In this document: positions 19,771 through 30,050 of the stretch, piece by piece
Numbering within the stretch: the stretch's first letter is position 1
Layout of the letters: every line of letters begins with the position of its first letter
Assembly (NCBI GenBank): GCA_021817905.1
Contig: JAKAFM010000001.1
Span: forward strand, 3,985 to 67,984
DNA: 64,000 bases
From: a bacterium
GTDB taxonomy: Bacteria; Patescibacteriota; Microgenomatia; UBA12405
Direction: 5' to 3'
Translations under genes and position numbers: made by a program
Notes under the pieces: model-generated
Told to the model about the DNA's origin: nothing
The model's input: the letters and a program-made list of their open reading frames with translations, nothing else
The model's database searches: none

Positions 19771-20814
19771 CTACTTTCTTTTAATCATCCGATATAACAA
19801 ATAGGTCATTTGGCCCACTCCAAATAATAACAAAATAACTACCACTCCAACCCCTATAAGTATTCTCCACGGGACCACCCAAAAACTTAAACTCGCCTCA
19901 ATGGGAACATCCCGCTTACCATCATCATAAGCTAACAACATTAATGCCGTATATTTTCCAAATCGTAATTTCTTAATTTGCGAAAAATCCCAATTAAGTT
20001 GTTGGATGGGATTTCCTTTGCGATCAGTCTCTACCACCTTATTGTCAATTTTATCCGTATAGACAGGAAAACCATCACTCCATGCACTTGTGAATATCCT
20101 CGATGAATTTGGTAAAACATTTCCCTTAAGATCATTAATATCCAAAATAGCCACATCTTTTTTGTCCCCTTGGCTAATAAAAATGTTTCCTTTTGGAGCC
20201 ACATGAACATTTCCCTGGTTAAGCAACTTAATAGTAAAATTTACCGGTAAAAATTCAAATACTTTCTTCGGTACCGAAAATTCAGTAACCTCAATTTTTC
20301 GCACTGCATTTGGAACCCTTACTTCCAACAAGACCAAAGACGCCACTGCCCCCAAAATTTTAGTTGACCGCTCTCCTGCAACTGTCGGATCATTAAATCG
20401 GGAAAAAGTAACTGCGTAATAATAGCCAAATGCTGCGTTTGGAGGCACAGAAATATTCATCGTAATCGTTTTCCACTCATTCGCCACCATCGTAAAGTCG
20501 TTATCTGAAAAATGTACCCAATCAAAGTAATCATCCCCCGGGGCTCGATCTAATAATCTTGGGTTACCCTCATCTCCATAGGCCGAAAATTTCATTAAAC
20601 TAACATGAATTTTTTCTGGTAACAAACCGGCATTCTTAATTTTCAACTGCGCCGAAACCGTAGACCCTGGTTCAGTCACTAAATTAATGGGAAGAGGGGA
20701 CACCACCAAATTTAAACCGCCCACTGTTTGCGCCAATACCAGATTACTTTTTCCTCCAATAAGGAATAAAATTCCTAAAATCAAACCACTCCAAAACCTA
20801 AATCTAATTTTCAT
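19771..20814 (-). CDS. Secreted protein with a C-terminal TM anchor and basic tail (paralogue of 18826-19770)
   Basis: 347 aa. Signal peptide. C-terminal ILIGVGVVVILLLFGVG followed by YRMIKRK. Shares the central motif P(K/R)G...ILP.SSR with the neighbouring gene. Confidence 0.55.
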   Translation of the reverse strand: MKIRFRFWSGLILGILFLIGGKSNLVLAQTVGGLNLVVSPLPINLVTEPGSTVSAQLKIKNAGLLPEKIHVSLMKFSAYGDEGNPRLLDRAPGDDYFDWVHFSDNDFTMVANEWKTITMNISVPPNAAFGYYYAVTFSRFNDPTVAGERSTKILGAVASLVLLEVRVPNAVRKIEVTEFSVPKKVFEFLPVNFTIKLLNQGNVHVAPKGNIFISQGDKKDVAILDINDLKGNVLPNSSRIFTSAWSDGFPVYTDKIDNKVVETDRKGNPIQQLNWDFSQIKKLRFGKYTALMLLAYDDGKRDVPIEASLSFWVVPWRILIGVGVVVILLLFGVGQMTYLLYRMIKRK

Positions 20815-20822
20815 TCCAAAAC

Positions 20823-21833
20823 TTAAAAATTACCGGCACCAACTATGGTCCAGGTATCTGTATAGTCACTGCCAGCAGCCTTGGTTGCAATCATCGCCAC
20901 ATGAGCCTTAAGCCAAACAGTATCATTGTTAGTTTTTCCTGTTCGGAACACAAATGGTTGCAAAGAAGTACTAAATGCTCCTCCGGATGTAGTCCCGTTC
21001 CCAGCATAAGATGTCGCTGCCGTCAGCGACCCAGACCCTGTGCCCGCAGTTACTCCAACATCCAAAATATAGCAATCAGATCCGGAGGTACAGGTTACCG
21101 TCGATCCGCCCACTACTCCTGTTGTCCCGATACTTTCCCCAGTCGTCGCCGACGATAATGCAGCATTAGCGCTTTTTATCCACCCAGTCCACCCCTTGGC
21201 CGCATTAGTCGACACCGAAACTCCAACTCCGATCGTTGAGACGACAGATCCGGAACTTAAATTACCTGTAAAGGCATCCGTTGTTCCCGTTATTGAAAAA
21301 TTAAAAGTTGAAGGTACGTTTGCCGTAATTACCACTTGATCGCTTGACAAATATTGAACCGCCACCGTTGTTTGATCAATCAAAGCATCACCCGAAGTTG
21401 TTGTTTTCACGATATCAAACGCTGAACCTGGTGAAGCCGGTGTTGATATACCAATATTTATATTAAAGCCATAAGTTTGGCCAACTGACAACGCCGTTAC
21501 TCCCGTTATATCAACTTCCGAAGTTCCTGTCCGGGCTGCTACCAAAGTCCCCGGCAAAGTCGAGACCCCCGTATCCAAATTAGTAACCGACACACTAACT
21601 CCAGCCCCAACCACGGCTGATCCAAAAATGAGCTTTACTTTAGCAACTGTTGCCCCCGTCACCGGAATAAAGGTAACGTAAACATTCGACGGAGTGTTTG
21701 CCTGCATCCGATCATAACGAACCGTTGCCCGGGTAAGCTGTGCCGCCAACACCGACTGACTCGACATTGAAAAAAGGATTGCCGCCAACACCAACACCGA
21801 CAACAAAGAAACGACCGATCTTAATATTTTCAT
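20823..21833 (-). CDS. Secreted T/S/G-rich surface protein with a conserved C-terminal tail (possibly WxL-like)
   Basis: 336 aa. Signal peptide. The C-terminus ...SDYTDTWTIVGAGNF is homologous to the C-terminus of 21887-22939. Confidence 0.5.
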   Translation of the reverse strand: MKILRSVVSLLSVLVLAAILFSMSSQSVLAAQLTRATVRYDRMQANTPSNVYVTFIPVTGATVAKVKLIFGSAVVGAGVSVSVTNLDTGVSTLPGTLVAARTGTSEVDITGVTALSVGQTYGFNINIGISTPASPGSAFDIVKTTTSGDALIDQTTVAVQYLSSDQVVITANVPSTFNFSITGTTDAFTGNLSSGSVVSTIGVGVSVSTNAAKGWTGWIKSANAALSSATTGESIGTTGVVGGSTVTCTSGSDCYILDVGVTAGTGSGSLTAATSYAGNGTTSGGAFSTSLQPFVFRTGKTNNDTVWLKAHVAMIATKAAGSDYTDTWTIVGAGNF

Positions 21834-21886
21834 GGTTATGATTTAAATATGTCTTGTTTACGATAATTTGTCAAGCTGATCATTAT

Positions 21887-22939
21887 TTAAAAATTGGCGC
21901 TGGCAATTACCGTCATCGATTCACTATAGTCACTAGCCTCGGGGGTACTCGTTGACGACTTCGCTTTAACTAAAAAATGAGCTCTGCCCGAAGTTACTGG
22001 AGTAGTCGCAGTAAAAATCTGATTTACTAAGGTGTTTACCGAACCAATAACATTTCCACTCCCATTATAGGGAGACAATATTAAAAATTGCCCAGCAGTT
22101 TGTGTCGCTCCTACCCCTTGTACTCCATAACCTTCCGCAATCCCACCACTCGATAAATCCCCATTTACCGTTGCAATTGTATAACCTGCAGTCACACTTT
22201 TTAAACCGCCATTTTGGCCGTAAATAAACACCCCACCTCCAGACGCCGCATTCGTATCCAAAGATACCCAAACATAAACCGGGCTATTAACCACATTACT
22301 TGGATAAAGATCCCCTAAACTAATCGCATAAGGTGGCAAAGTGTGGGTATCGGTAGCAGAAACATCGATTTCAAATGTTAGCGTCGGCGCTACCGTGGCT
22401 CCCGTCGCCACTGGTCCCCAATTGGTTTCACTATATTTTCCTTGCCAAGCCTTTGCTTTAAAGCTATAAGTAGTTGAACCTAGCAAACCAGAGACAACGC
22501 TGCCCGTTGATCCTCCCCAGGCATTATAATTTTGATAATCAGTAAATGCCAATGAAGACCCAATAGTACCGTCAGATTTTATATATTGTGTCGTTACAAA
22601 ATTATCACTACTAATGGCAATTGCATACAATGCATCACCCGGATTACCTTGAGTATCGACCACAAAATGCAATTTATTATAATAGTTGCCCGGATTATCA
22701 ACCGTAATCTTGGGAACATTGGCCAACTCTGCAAATACCAATCCAGGACCAATCCCATAACTGGAACCAACAATCGGATTCCCTCCGACTTCACCAGCCA
22801 CCCCGTTTATAGAATAATTACTTGATCCCACCTGACCTCCTCCCGCACTCCCAAGACTGAAACCTTCGAGTTTGTAATTAGTACTCGCCGGCAATACAAA
22901 AAAGAGAAATAACCACCAATAGTTTCGATAGTTCTTCAT
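21887..22939 (-). CDS. Secreted surface protein, paralogue of 20823-21833 (possibly WxL-like)
   Basis: 350 aa. Signal peptide. C-terminus ...SDYSESMTVIASANF aligns with SDYTDTWTIVGAGNF. Confidence 0.5.
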   Translation of the reverse strand: MKNYRNYWWLFLFFVLPASTNYKLEGFSLGSAGGGQVGSSNYSINGVAGEVGGNPIVGSSYGIGPGLVFAELANVPKITVDNPGNYYNKLHFVVDTQGNPGDALYAIAISSDNFVTTQYIKSDGTIGSSLAFTDYQNYNAWGGSTGSVVSGLLGSTTYSFKAKAWQGKYSETNWGPVATGATVAPTLTFEIDVSATDTHTLPPYAISLGDLYPSNVVNSPVYVWVSLDTNAASGGGVFIYGQNGGLKSVTAGYTIATVNGDLSSGGIAEGYGVQGVGATQTAGQFLILSPYNGSGNVIGSVNTLVNQIFTATTPVTSGRAHFLVKAKSSTSTPEASDYSESMTVIASANF

Positions 22940-25584
22940 AATTTAAAACGAATCCATAAATACCAAAAAACAAAAGAAATCAAAAGAGGAACAGCTGCAA
23001 TCGTTGTGCTTACCACCGAAAGCATTACCCCAAACAAAATAGTAAAAAACAAAAACGCCCAAGCTCCAAATCTCCCAAAATTGATATGTCCACTATCATA
23101 GGAGCCGTCAAAATCACTTTTTACTAACCTAAAATGTAACGCCGCTCTCAATAAACTTTCGCGCTTAAAATCCATAAACGGGGACGGATCATACCCTCGT
23201 GCCGTCACTGAAATTCGAACCTGATCTAACCTAGCTGGCACTTTCATAGAAAAATTTCCCAACAATCCAGTATAACTTCTTTCAAGAACCTGATTTTTAT
23301 TGCCATCGACCAAAAAAACACCTGCCCCAGAAATCGGGTAACCACTCAAATCGTTTATCACCACCCCATTAATAGTATTAACCTCCTTTACTCTTATCAA
23401 CAGACGATACAAATATAAAGGTAACAACCACCAAGCAATATGGTTGATTAGTGACCATGTTAACATTCCCAAAAAAAGTAACATTCCTGTCATAAGAACC
23501 CAAAGTAATTGGATAAATCGACCAGAATGAAAAAGTTCAATTGCTGAATTCAGAACAAAGGTATAACTGTCACTTATGGTTGTCGCATAAAAACCCACCA
23601 CCGCGCCTATAGTTATTGGCAATCGTTCCAAACTAACCTGGGGATAACCATTATGAGGAGATACTACAAATTCCATGGTTTTACTTTTATAACCCATCGC
23701 CGTTACCACCATTTTATATTGACCTTCTATTAAGATAGTATTAACCGTTCCATTACTTTCCGAATAAGTAGGATTAGTTAATAAACCCGTTCCACGCCAT
23801 AATTGATAAATCCGTGCTGGCGTAAAATAATAAAAAGTCACCTCCGCCCGCTCGATTCCTTTTCCGTTTTGGTCAACAACCTTAACGGGCAAAATGACCG
23901 TTAATTCCCCAACCTTTTGCTCAACAATATTCCCATAAAAATCATAAATTCGCAAATACATTTCATAAACACCGGGAAGAGGAGGAGTTTTTAAGTACGC
24001 CTGATAACCATTACTCCCAGAATTAATAAGATCAGCCACTACCGAATTGGGATCATTCCCAGCTGCACTCACAATTCCCAAAACATGCTTATTCCGTAAC
24101 CAAACTTGCGCCAGTTTAATGATATACGTCGGCGGAAGATTAAATTGGACCATATATGGCTGCGCTACCGGCAAAATTATCTGTGCCAAAGGTTTAGTTT
24201 GACCAGTATTGCGGTTGTCATACAATATTTGATCTGAACTCACCACTGTTGCCAATAATTGGCTGAATACCGACGGTAAAAGGGGAGTTGATGGCGTTAT
24301 AAAGGTGAACACATCAGAAGTCGTGGTATCGGCAGTTACCGTAAAGAAATAGGCAGTTGATGGCAATAATCCTTCAATTTTTATTTTATTTTCCGTGCCA
24401 ATATCTAGTACTATTAATGACTTACTTAACAATGTCGGCGACAACCCATACCGTATTTGCAATTTCTGCGGTACAGCCGACACCTCCACCCCTACCGTCG
24501 CCGCAGTTGCATCCAGACCGGAAATCACCACATTGGTAATAGTTACTGGCACTGGCACCGGCACTGGCGTCGCTGTTGGCACCCCGGTTAATTCAACCGT
24601 CGGCACAATCGTTGCAATTGGTGTTGGAGTTGTCATGGATGCATACTGATAACTCTCAGTAATCTGATTACTCGAAACTGTCACTACTTTCGATGCATTC
24701 AACTCTCCCGAAACAGTAAAATGGACAGTTGATGACCCAGCATAGTTACTATTAGTCTTTAAACTAAAGCTAACCTTTTGGTCGGTCGTTTGGGCTGGAA
24801 AAGAAGTTATGGTCCAGGTAATCGTCCGATTAACTAAATCGATTACCGGATGTGTCCCATTATAAGCATCGCTGGCGCTGTTCACCACGTAATCAGCCAC
24901 ATCAACCGTCAGTCCTCCGCCACCCTCAACCGAACCCCGTCCCCAGGTTGCCGTCAGTACCAAGGGATACGTCGGACTATGCAAATTGGCTCCATAGGTT
25001 AAAGTGTAGCCAATTTGCTGATTTTGACTCAAAACTCCAACACTGTTGTCCGTCAATCCAATTTGAAAATCTGACGCCAAAGCCGACACTTTTCCAGTAA
25101 CTACCACAGTATCTTTTGCCGCAATCGGAATACCCACGTATTGTTGACCATCAATAGTCGACCCAACCAAAGTCATCACCTGCCATTGATATATTGAGCT
25201 ATCACCAGCGGACGGATTCAGCCCAACTCCACCAGTCACATAAAAACCATAAGTAACTCCAGCCGTTAAATCACCACTCGAAAAAGTTATCTGTTGACCG
25301 TCAACACCACTAAAACCTATTCCCGGCCAAGCAGTCACTCCGGATGGTAATTGTGAGGTACTAATAGTCACCCCGGAATTCACACTCCAGGCGCTATTTA
25401 CCACCATTCTGAATCCTGTTTCCGTCACGTTGGATAATGTCGAAACTTCAACCAAAACTGGTAAAGGATTTTCACCGCTTGCCATTCGGCTTAACCGAAT
25501 TGTTGATGATTCCAACCCAGCCGCTGCCACCTGTTTTGTCGACAGAAAAAATACCATCACGATCAAGAACCACTTTTTCATCAT
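22936..25584 (-). CDS. Large membrane-anchored adhesin-like protein with CarbopepD_reg/transthyretin-like domains
   Basis: 882 aa. Signal peptide. PVPVPVPV linker and an FN3-like region. Two CarboxypepD_reg-like beta-sandwich segments (VKVVDQNGKGIERAEVTFYY..GQYKMVVTAMGYKSKT; GVFLVDGNKNQVLERSYTGLLGNFSMKV..). Several C-terminal TM helices. Confidence 0.65.
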   Translation of the reverse strand: MMKKWFLIVMVFFLSTKQVAAAGLESSTIRLSRMASGENPLPVLVEVSTLSNVTETGFRMVVNSAWSVNSGVTISTSQLPSGVTAWPGIGFSGVDGQQITFSSGDLTAGVTYGFYVTGGVGLNPSAGDSSIYQWQVMTLVGSTIDGQQYVGIPIAAKDTVVVTGKVSALASDFQIGLTDNSVGVLSQNQQIGYTLTYGANLHSPTYPLVLTATWGRGSVEGGGGLTVDVADYVVNSASDAYNGTHPVIDLVNRTITWTITSFPAQTTDQKVSFSLKTNSNYAGSSTVHFTVSGELNASKVVTVSSNQITESYQYASMTTPTPIATIVPTVELTGVPTATPVPVPVPVTITNVVISGLDATAATVGVEVSAVPQKLQIRYGLSPTLLSKSLIVLDIGTENKIKIEGLLPSTAYFFTVTADTTTSDVFTFITPSTPLLPSVFSQLLATVVSSDQILYDNRNTGQTKPLAQIILPVAQPYMVQFNLPPTYIIKLAQVWLRNKHVLGIVSAAGNDPNSVVADLINSGSNGYQAYLKTPPLPGVYEMYLRIYDFYGNIVEQKVGELTVILPVKVVDQNGKGIERAEVTFYYFTPARIYQLWRGTGLLTNPTYSESNGTVNTILIEGQYKMVVTAMGYKSKTMEFVVSPHNGYPQVSLERLPITIGAVVGFYATTISDSYTFVLNSAIELFHSGRFIQLLWVLMTGMLLFLGMLTWSLINHIAWWLLPLYLYRLLIRVKEVNTINGVVINDLSGYPISGAGVFLVDGNKNQVLERSYTGLLGNFSMKVPARLDQVRISVTARGYDPSPFMDFKRESLLRAALHFRLVKSDFDGSYDSGHINFGRFGAWAFLFFTILFGVMLSVVSTTIAAVPLLISFVFWYLWIRFKL

Positions 25585-25625
25585 TTTAGTCTACCAACCT
25601 TGCAACACTATAGTAAACTTACTAC

Positions 25626-26273
25626 ATGAAGTTGTTAACAAAAAGTACCTTTATCATTCTTTGCACTCTGCTTGCTTCCGGTTGTAATCCGACTCATCCG
25701 GTTTCCACTACTAACTTTATTCCCACCCCCACCCGTATTCCAGGATCGGAAAAAATCGCCGCTCTCACTTGGCAAACACTCAAAAGCAAAGAATTAGGAA
25801 TAAGTTTTGAGTATCCCACCACCTGGAATGCAAATTTGCCACAAAATAACACAATTACTCTATCTGAAAACTCCATTACTTTTTTGATTTCCAAATTACC
25901 AAATCCACAAAAATTAGCCGTCACCAGCCTTTGGAACAAATACCGACCAGAAACTACTTCCACTTTATCAATTCAAAAATTTACTGTCGCTCAAAATGAT
26001 ATCACTGGAATTATTTCCAATCCAGTAAATCAAAATAATGACCTCACCTCAATTTACCTTATTTTCCCTTTTGGAACTGATGCTTATCGGGTAATGTTTA
26101 ACTACCCCAGCAGCAAACCAGAAAATAGCCTAATATTAGGCAGAATTATTCAAACATTTGATCTCTCAAACAATACTACTGGTTTTACCTGTCCCAAAGG
26201 CGATTACAATTTAGTTGCCAATCAACCACCGGAATTTTATTACTGGGCCTATCTTAATTGCACCACTAAATAA
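25626..26273 (+). CDS. Putative lipoprotein
   Basis: Lipobox LLASGC after a hydrophobic N-terminus. 215 aa. Confidence 0.55.
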   Translation: MKLLTKSTFIILCTLLASGCNPTHPVSTTNFIPTPTRIPGSEKIAALTWQTLKSKELGISFEYPTTWNANLPQNNTITLSENSITFLISKLPNPQKLAVTSLWNKYRPETTSTLSIQKFTVAQNDITGIISNPVNQNNDLTSIYLIFPFGTDAYRVMFNYPSSKPENSLILGRIIQTFDLSNNTTGFTCPKGDYNLVANQPPEFYYWAYLNCTTK

Positions 26274-26275
26274 CT

Positions 26276-26575
26276 ATGGTTTCAACTCAACCTTCGTTGT
26301 TATCAGAAACACTTTCTAAATATCAGGAAGTATTAGCCAAAAGAAAAAAGTATGTCAAAAAAGAATATCAAGCCTACGGACTTCAACTAGCCGAAGAACT
26401 ACTTGACTGGAAGAACAAATCACTCTACATGCGTCTTGCTAAAACCACTGATATAAAATTACTCGAAAAAGCCAGACTTTTTGTCAAAGATCAACAACGG
26501 GGAACAATCAGATCAAAAGCTAAGCTTTTTATGTGGAAATTAAAAGAGCTCAAATCATTCCCTCCCAAAACTTGA
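26276..26575 (+). CDS. Hypothetical small basic protein
   Basis: ORF of 99 aa with no recognisable motif. Confidence 0.35.
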   Translation: MVSTQPSLLSETLSKYQEVLAKRKKYVKKEYQAYGLQLAEELLDWKNKSLYMRLAKTTDIKLLEKARLFVKDQQRGTIRSKAKLFMWKLKELKSFPPKT

Positions 26576-26607
26576 CTTATGCAACTCAGTTGCATATAAT
26601 TGCCGAA

Positions 26608-27033
26608 ATGGAGTATTTTAATCCCGACAAGATCATGAAATCGTTTCATCTCAGATCTACCAAGGTCCGGCACGCACTCATTTGTATTTTATATCAGAAC
26701 AATCAACCACTTTCTGTGGCCACTCTAACCGATCATCTAAAAACGCAGTTTAAAATAACCACCAACAAAACCACACTCTATCGACAACTTGATCTTTTGG
26801 AAAATAAAAAAATAATTAGTATTTACGAAGTTGAAGGGATAAAACATTTCCAATTTAACCATAGTCATTCACATCAATATTTGTTTTGTCATAGTTGTCA
26901 TCAGTTTATTCCACTAAAATCAGAACCGATTATTACCCTCAAAGACATCCAAAATATCGAAAAAAAACATCATTTTACTATTAGTCATCATTCCACCCTC
27001 TATTTTGGTCAATGCCATAGCTGCAAACCATAA
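26608..27033 (+). CDS. Fur family metal-responsive transcriptional regulator
   Basis: The winged helix (LRSTKVRHALICILY..PLSVATL) plus the HSHSHQYLFCHSCHQ...CHSC metal-site motifs are typical of the Fur/Zur/PerR family. An internal start was chosen instead of the ORF-track start at 26533. Confidence 0.7.
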   Translation: MEYFNPDKIMKSFHLRSTKVRHALICILYQNNQPLSVATLTDHLKTQFKITTNKTTLYRQLDLLENKKIISIYEVEGIKHFQFNHSHSHQYLFCHSCHQFIPLKSEPIITLKDIQNIEKKHHFTISHHSTLYFGQCHSCKP

Positions 27034-27060
27034 TATGTGAGTTAATATAATAAGTCACCT

Positions 27061-28113
27061 ATGAATTTTCTTAAATCAAACATCATAAAAATCATTATTT
27101 TTATCACCATCATTGGGTTAGTAGTTTTTGTCATTAAAAGTAGATCTGCACCGGCAGCATCATCACTTTATAACCCAAAAACAGACCAAATCGTAACTCC
27201 AACCTACCAACCTATTGCCGATACGGTCAGTTTGGCTGGTTCTATTAATGCCAGCAATGTCGCCATACTTCAATTTCAAACCAGTGGTCAACTTGCCTGG
27301 GTCGGCGTCAAGATAGGGGATCACGTCAGAAGAGGTCAAGCCATTGCCATGCTTGATAAACGCCAGCTACAATCTCAATTTCAAACTGCCATGAATGCTT
27401 ATCTTACCAACCGATCAACCTTTGAAGACACTCAAGACCAATACAAGGCCACTAAGGACAACTATTTAGTCACCGATCCTATCAAACGAATTCTCGACCG
27501 CACCCAATGGTCACTTGATAATGCTGTTATCGGCGTCCAGGCTGCCGACTTAGCTGTCAAATACGCAACTCTTATCAGTCCCATCGATGGTATCGTTGTT
27601 GACATTGATCAACCTAATGCCGGCGTTAACATTACTCCGCTTACTGCCAACTATACTATTATCGATCCTACCAGTATCTACTTTAAGTCTGAGATTGATC
27701 AGGAAACTATTCCTAAAATAAATGTTGGCCAACAGGCTACTATTCAACTTGATAGTTTCCCCAACAGTACGTTTAACTCGACCATCACCTATATTGCCTT
27801 TACGCCAGTAGTCAATCAAACTTCAACCGTTTACGAAGTCAGATTTAAACTTCCGGTTGACAACAGTACGCTATTATATCGTCAAGGTATGACCGGAGAC
27901 GTTTCCATTACCCTCAGTCAATCACCTCGCACCTTAGTTATTCCCATAGATGCAATCAATGATGACGGTCTTGGTAATAAATATGTCTATACCAAACAAG
28001 CCAATAATACTCTTACCAAAGTGGCTGTTACTACCGGCATTGAATCTGATACTTCGATTGAAGTTACCAAAGGCTTAACCGAAAATGACCAAGTTATCAT
28101 CAAAAAAAGATAA
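27061..28113 (+). CDS. HlyD/MacA-like periplasmic adaptor (membrane-fusion) subunit of an ABC exporter
   Basis: N-terminal TM, coiled-coil region and beta-barrel/lipoyl-like segments. Sits immediately upstream of a MacB-type ATPase and permease. Confidence 0.7.
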   Translation: MNFLKSNIIKIIIFITIIGLVVFVIKSRSAPAASSLYNPKTDQIVTPTYQPIADTVSLAGSINASNVAILQFQTSGQLAWVGVKIGDHVRRGQAIAMLDKRQLQSQFQTAMNAYLTNRSTFEDTQDQYKATKDNYLVTDPIKRILDRTQWSLDNAVIGVQAADLAVKYATLISPIDGIVVDIDQPNAGVNITPLTANYTIIDPTSIYFKSEIDQETIPKINVGQQATIQLDSFPNSTFNSTITYIAFTPVVNQTSTVYEVRFKLPVDNSTLLYRQGMTGDVSITLSQSPRTLVIPIDAINDDGLGNKYVYTKQANNTLTKVAVTTGIESDTSIEVTKGLTENDQVIIKKR

Positions 28114-28816
28114 TCCCAAAGTTATTCTAGAACTTCGAGATGTTGTTAAAACCTATACCACTGGTAATACTAGTTTTAACGCTCTAAACAAAGTCAACCT
28201 TTCTATAAACCAGGGAGAATTTGTCTCCATTACCGGTCCTTCAGGCTCAGGAAAGTCAACCCTAATGCACATTGTTGGATTACTTGATATCCCAACCTCC
28301 GGCGAAGTCCTGCTCAATAATCTCGATATCGCTCACTTTGACGAAAAAAAATTGGCCCAAATTAGAAACGTCACCCTCGGGTTCGTCTTTCAGCAATTTA
28401 ACCTCCTCCCCAAAACCTCAGCCCTCGAAAACGTCATGTTACCACTCCTATATTCCGACGTCCCCCAACATCTCCGCCGGGATTTAGGTGTTGAAATGTT
28501 AACCAAAGTCGGATTGGCCGACAAATTAGTCAATACTCCCTCACAACTCTCCGGTGGTCAACAACAACGGGTAGCTATTGCCCGAGCCCTTATCAACAAT
28601 CCCAAAATTATCCTAGCTGATGAACCGACAGGAAATCTCGACTCTAAATCAGGTAGCGATATTATGGCTTTTTTCCATCAACTTAACCAAAAGGAAGGTC
28701 GGACTATTGTTTTTGTGACTCATGATCGTGATCTTGCCAACGAAGCCGACCGTATCATTATTATCAAAGATGGTCAAATACAAATTGAACAACACCCCCG
28801 CCATGTTGAAACCTAG
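28085..28816 (+). CDS. ABC transporter ATP-binding protein (MacB/LolD type)
   Basis: Walker A GPSGSGKST, ABC signature LSGGQQQRVAIARAL, Walker B ILADEPTGNLD. Confidence 0.9.
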   Translation: MTKLSSKKDNPKVILELRDVVKTYTTGNTSFNALNKVNLSINQGEFVSITGPSGSGKSTLMHIVGLLDIPTSGEVLLNNLDIAHFDEKKLAQIRNVTLGFVFQQFNLLPKTSALENVMLPLLYSDVPQHLRRDLGVEMLTKVGLADKLVNTPSQLSGGQQQRVAIARALINNPKIILADEPTGNLDSKSGSDIMAFFHQLNQKEGRTIVFVTHDRDLANEADRIIIIKDGQIQIEQHPRHVET

Positions 28817-30026
28817 CCTCGGCGAACTGGTTCGTTCCAGTTTTCATTCTATTTTTAAAAATAAAAGCCGTACTTTCCTGACTTCCTTAGGTATTATTAT
28901 TGGTGTCACCTCAGTAATTCTCTTAACTTCAATTGGTAATGGTCTTCAGAAATATGTTAACGACCAGTTCGATAGTCTTGGCTCAAATACTGTTTTTATC
29001 GTCCCAGGGCAAATATTTAACGACAAAGGTGGTTTTAATAATAGCTCTCAGAACCGCTTGGTCACCACTCGATTTTCGCTTAACGATGTCGCCACCTTGA
29101 GAAAGGGATTAAGAAGATCTCAAATATTACCCCTTTCTCAGGCAGTAGTTGATGTTAAATCAGGACCAATTCTTAAAAAAGCCAAAAGTCTTGTCGGCGT
29201 CACTAGTGATTATGGAGCTGCCAATAACGCCCTTCCCTCCAGTGGTAATGGTCGTTGGTTTACCAAAGATGAAGAAGACAAAAAAAGTAATGTTGTTGTT
29301 CTTGGCTACCAAATAGCTCTCGATCTTTTTCCGACGACTAGTCCGCTAAACAAAAAAATTGTTATTAAAGGTAAAAATCTTAAAGTAATCGGAATCCTCG
29401 ACAAAAAGGGGAGTACCTTTGGCGGGCCAAGCCTTGATGATTTTATCTACACTCCCATTGGTCTAGTATTCGACATCAATGGCAACCAGGATATTCAAAG
29501 TATGTATGTCAAAGCTCCCAATAAAGACTTGGTCCCCACTACTAAGGATGAAATTAGTAAATTATTACTAAAGAAATATGATAAAGACGCCTTCTCTGTT
29601 TTTGATAGCAGTCAATTATTAAGTAGCATTAATGCCATTATCGGCACTTTAACCATCGCCCTCTCGGGTATTGCCGCCATATCGCTCGTAGTTGGTGGTA
29701 TCGGTATAATGAACATTATGTTGGTTACCGTTACCGAACGAACCAGAGAAATTGGCTTACGCAAAGCTATCGGTGCTTACCCTAATGCCATTCTATTACA
29801 ATTCTTATTCGAGGCTATATTTTTATCATGTTTTGGTGGATTAATCGGTATTATGCTTGGTTCGCTGGGTGCATTTGCCATTAATAAAGTTTTTCCGGCT
29901 ATCGTCACCCCCGGCTCTGTCCTGTTGGCCTTTGGTGTTTCCTCAGCCGTCGGTATTATTTTTGGTGTTGCCCCCGCCCGCAAAGCATCTCAGCTTTCAC
30001 CAATTGAAGCTCTCCGCTACGAATAG
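28803..30026 (+). CDS. ABC transporter permease with FtsX/MacB-like domain
   Basis: N-terminal TM, large extracytoplasmic domain, then three C-terminal TMs of FtsX type. Start moved to the ATG at 28803, overlapping the end of the ATPase gene. Confidence 0.8.
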   Translation: MLKPSLGELVRSSFHSIFKNKSRTFLTSLGIIIGVTSVILLTSIGNGLQKYVNDQFDSLGSNTVFIVPGQIFNDKGGFNNSSQNRLVTTRFSLNDVATLRKGLRRSQILPLSQAVVDVKSGPILKKAKSLVGVTSDYGAANNALPSSGNGRWFTKDEEDKKSNVVVLGYQIALDLFPTTSPLNKKIVIKGKNLKVIGILDKKGSTFGGPSLDDFIYTPIGLVFDINGNQDIQSMYVKAPNKDLVPTTKDEISKLLLKKYDKDAFSVFDSSQLLSSINAIIGTLTIALSGIAAISLVVGGIGIMNIMLVTVTERTREIGLRKAIGAYPNAILLQFLFEAIFLSCFGGLIGIMLGSLGAFAINKVFPAIVTPGSVLLAFGVSSAVGIIFGVAPARKASQLSPIEALRYE

Positions 30027-30050
30027 TCTTCTTTTTGCTACTATTAATCA

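Noticed and set aside
24480-24610. GGCACTGGCACCGGCACTGGC-type DNA microsatellite
   Set aside because: It lies inside the 882-aa ORF and simply encodes the low-complexity linker TATPVPVPVPVT.
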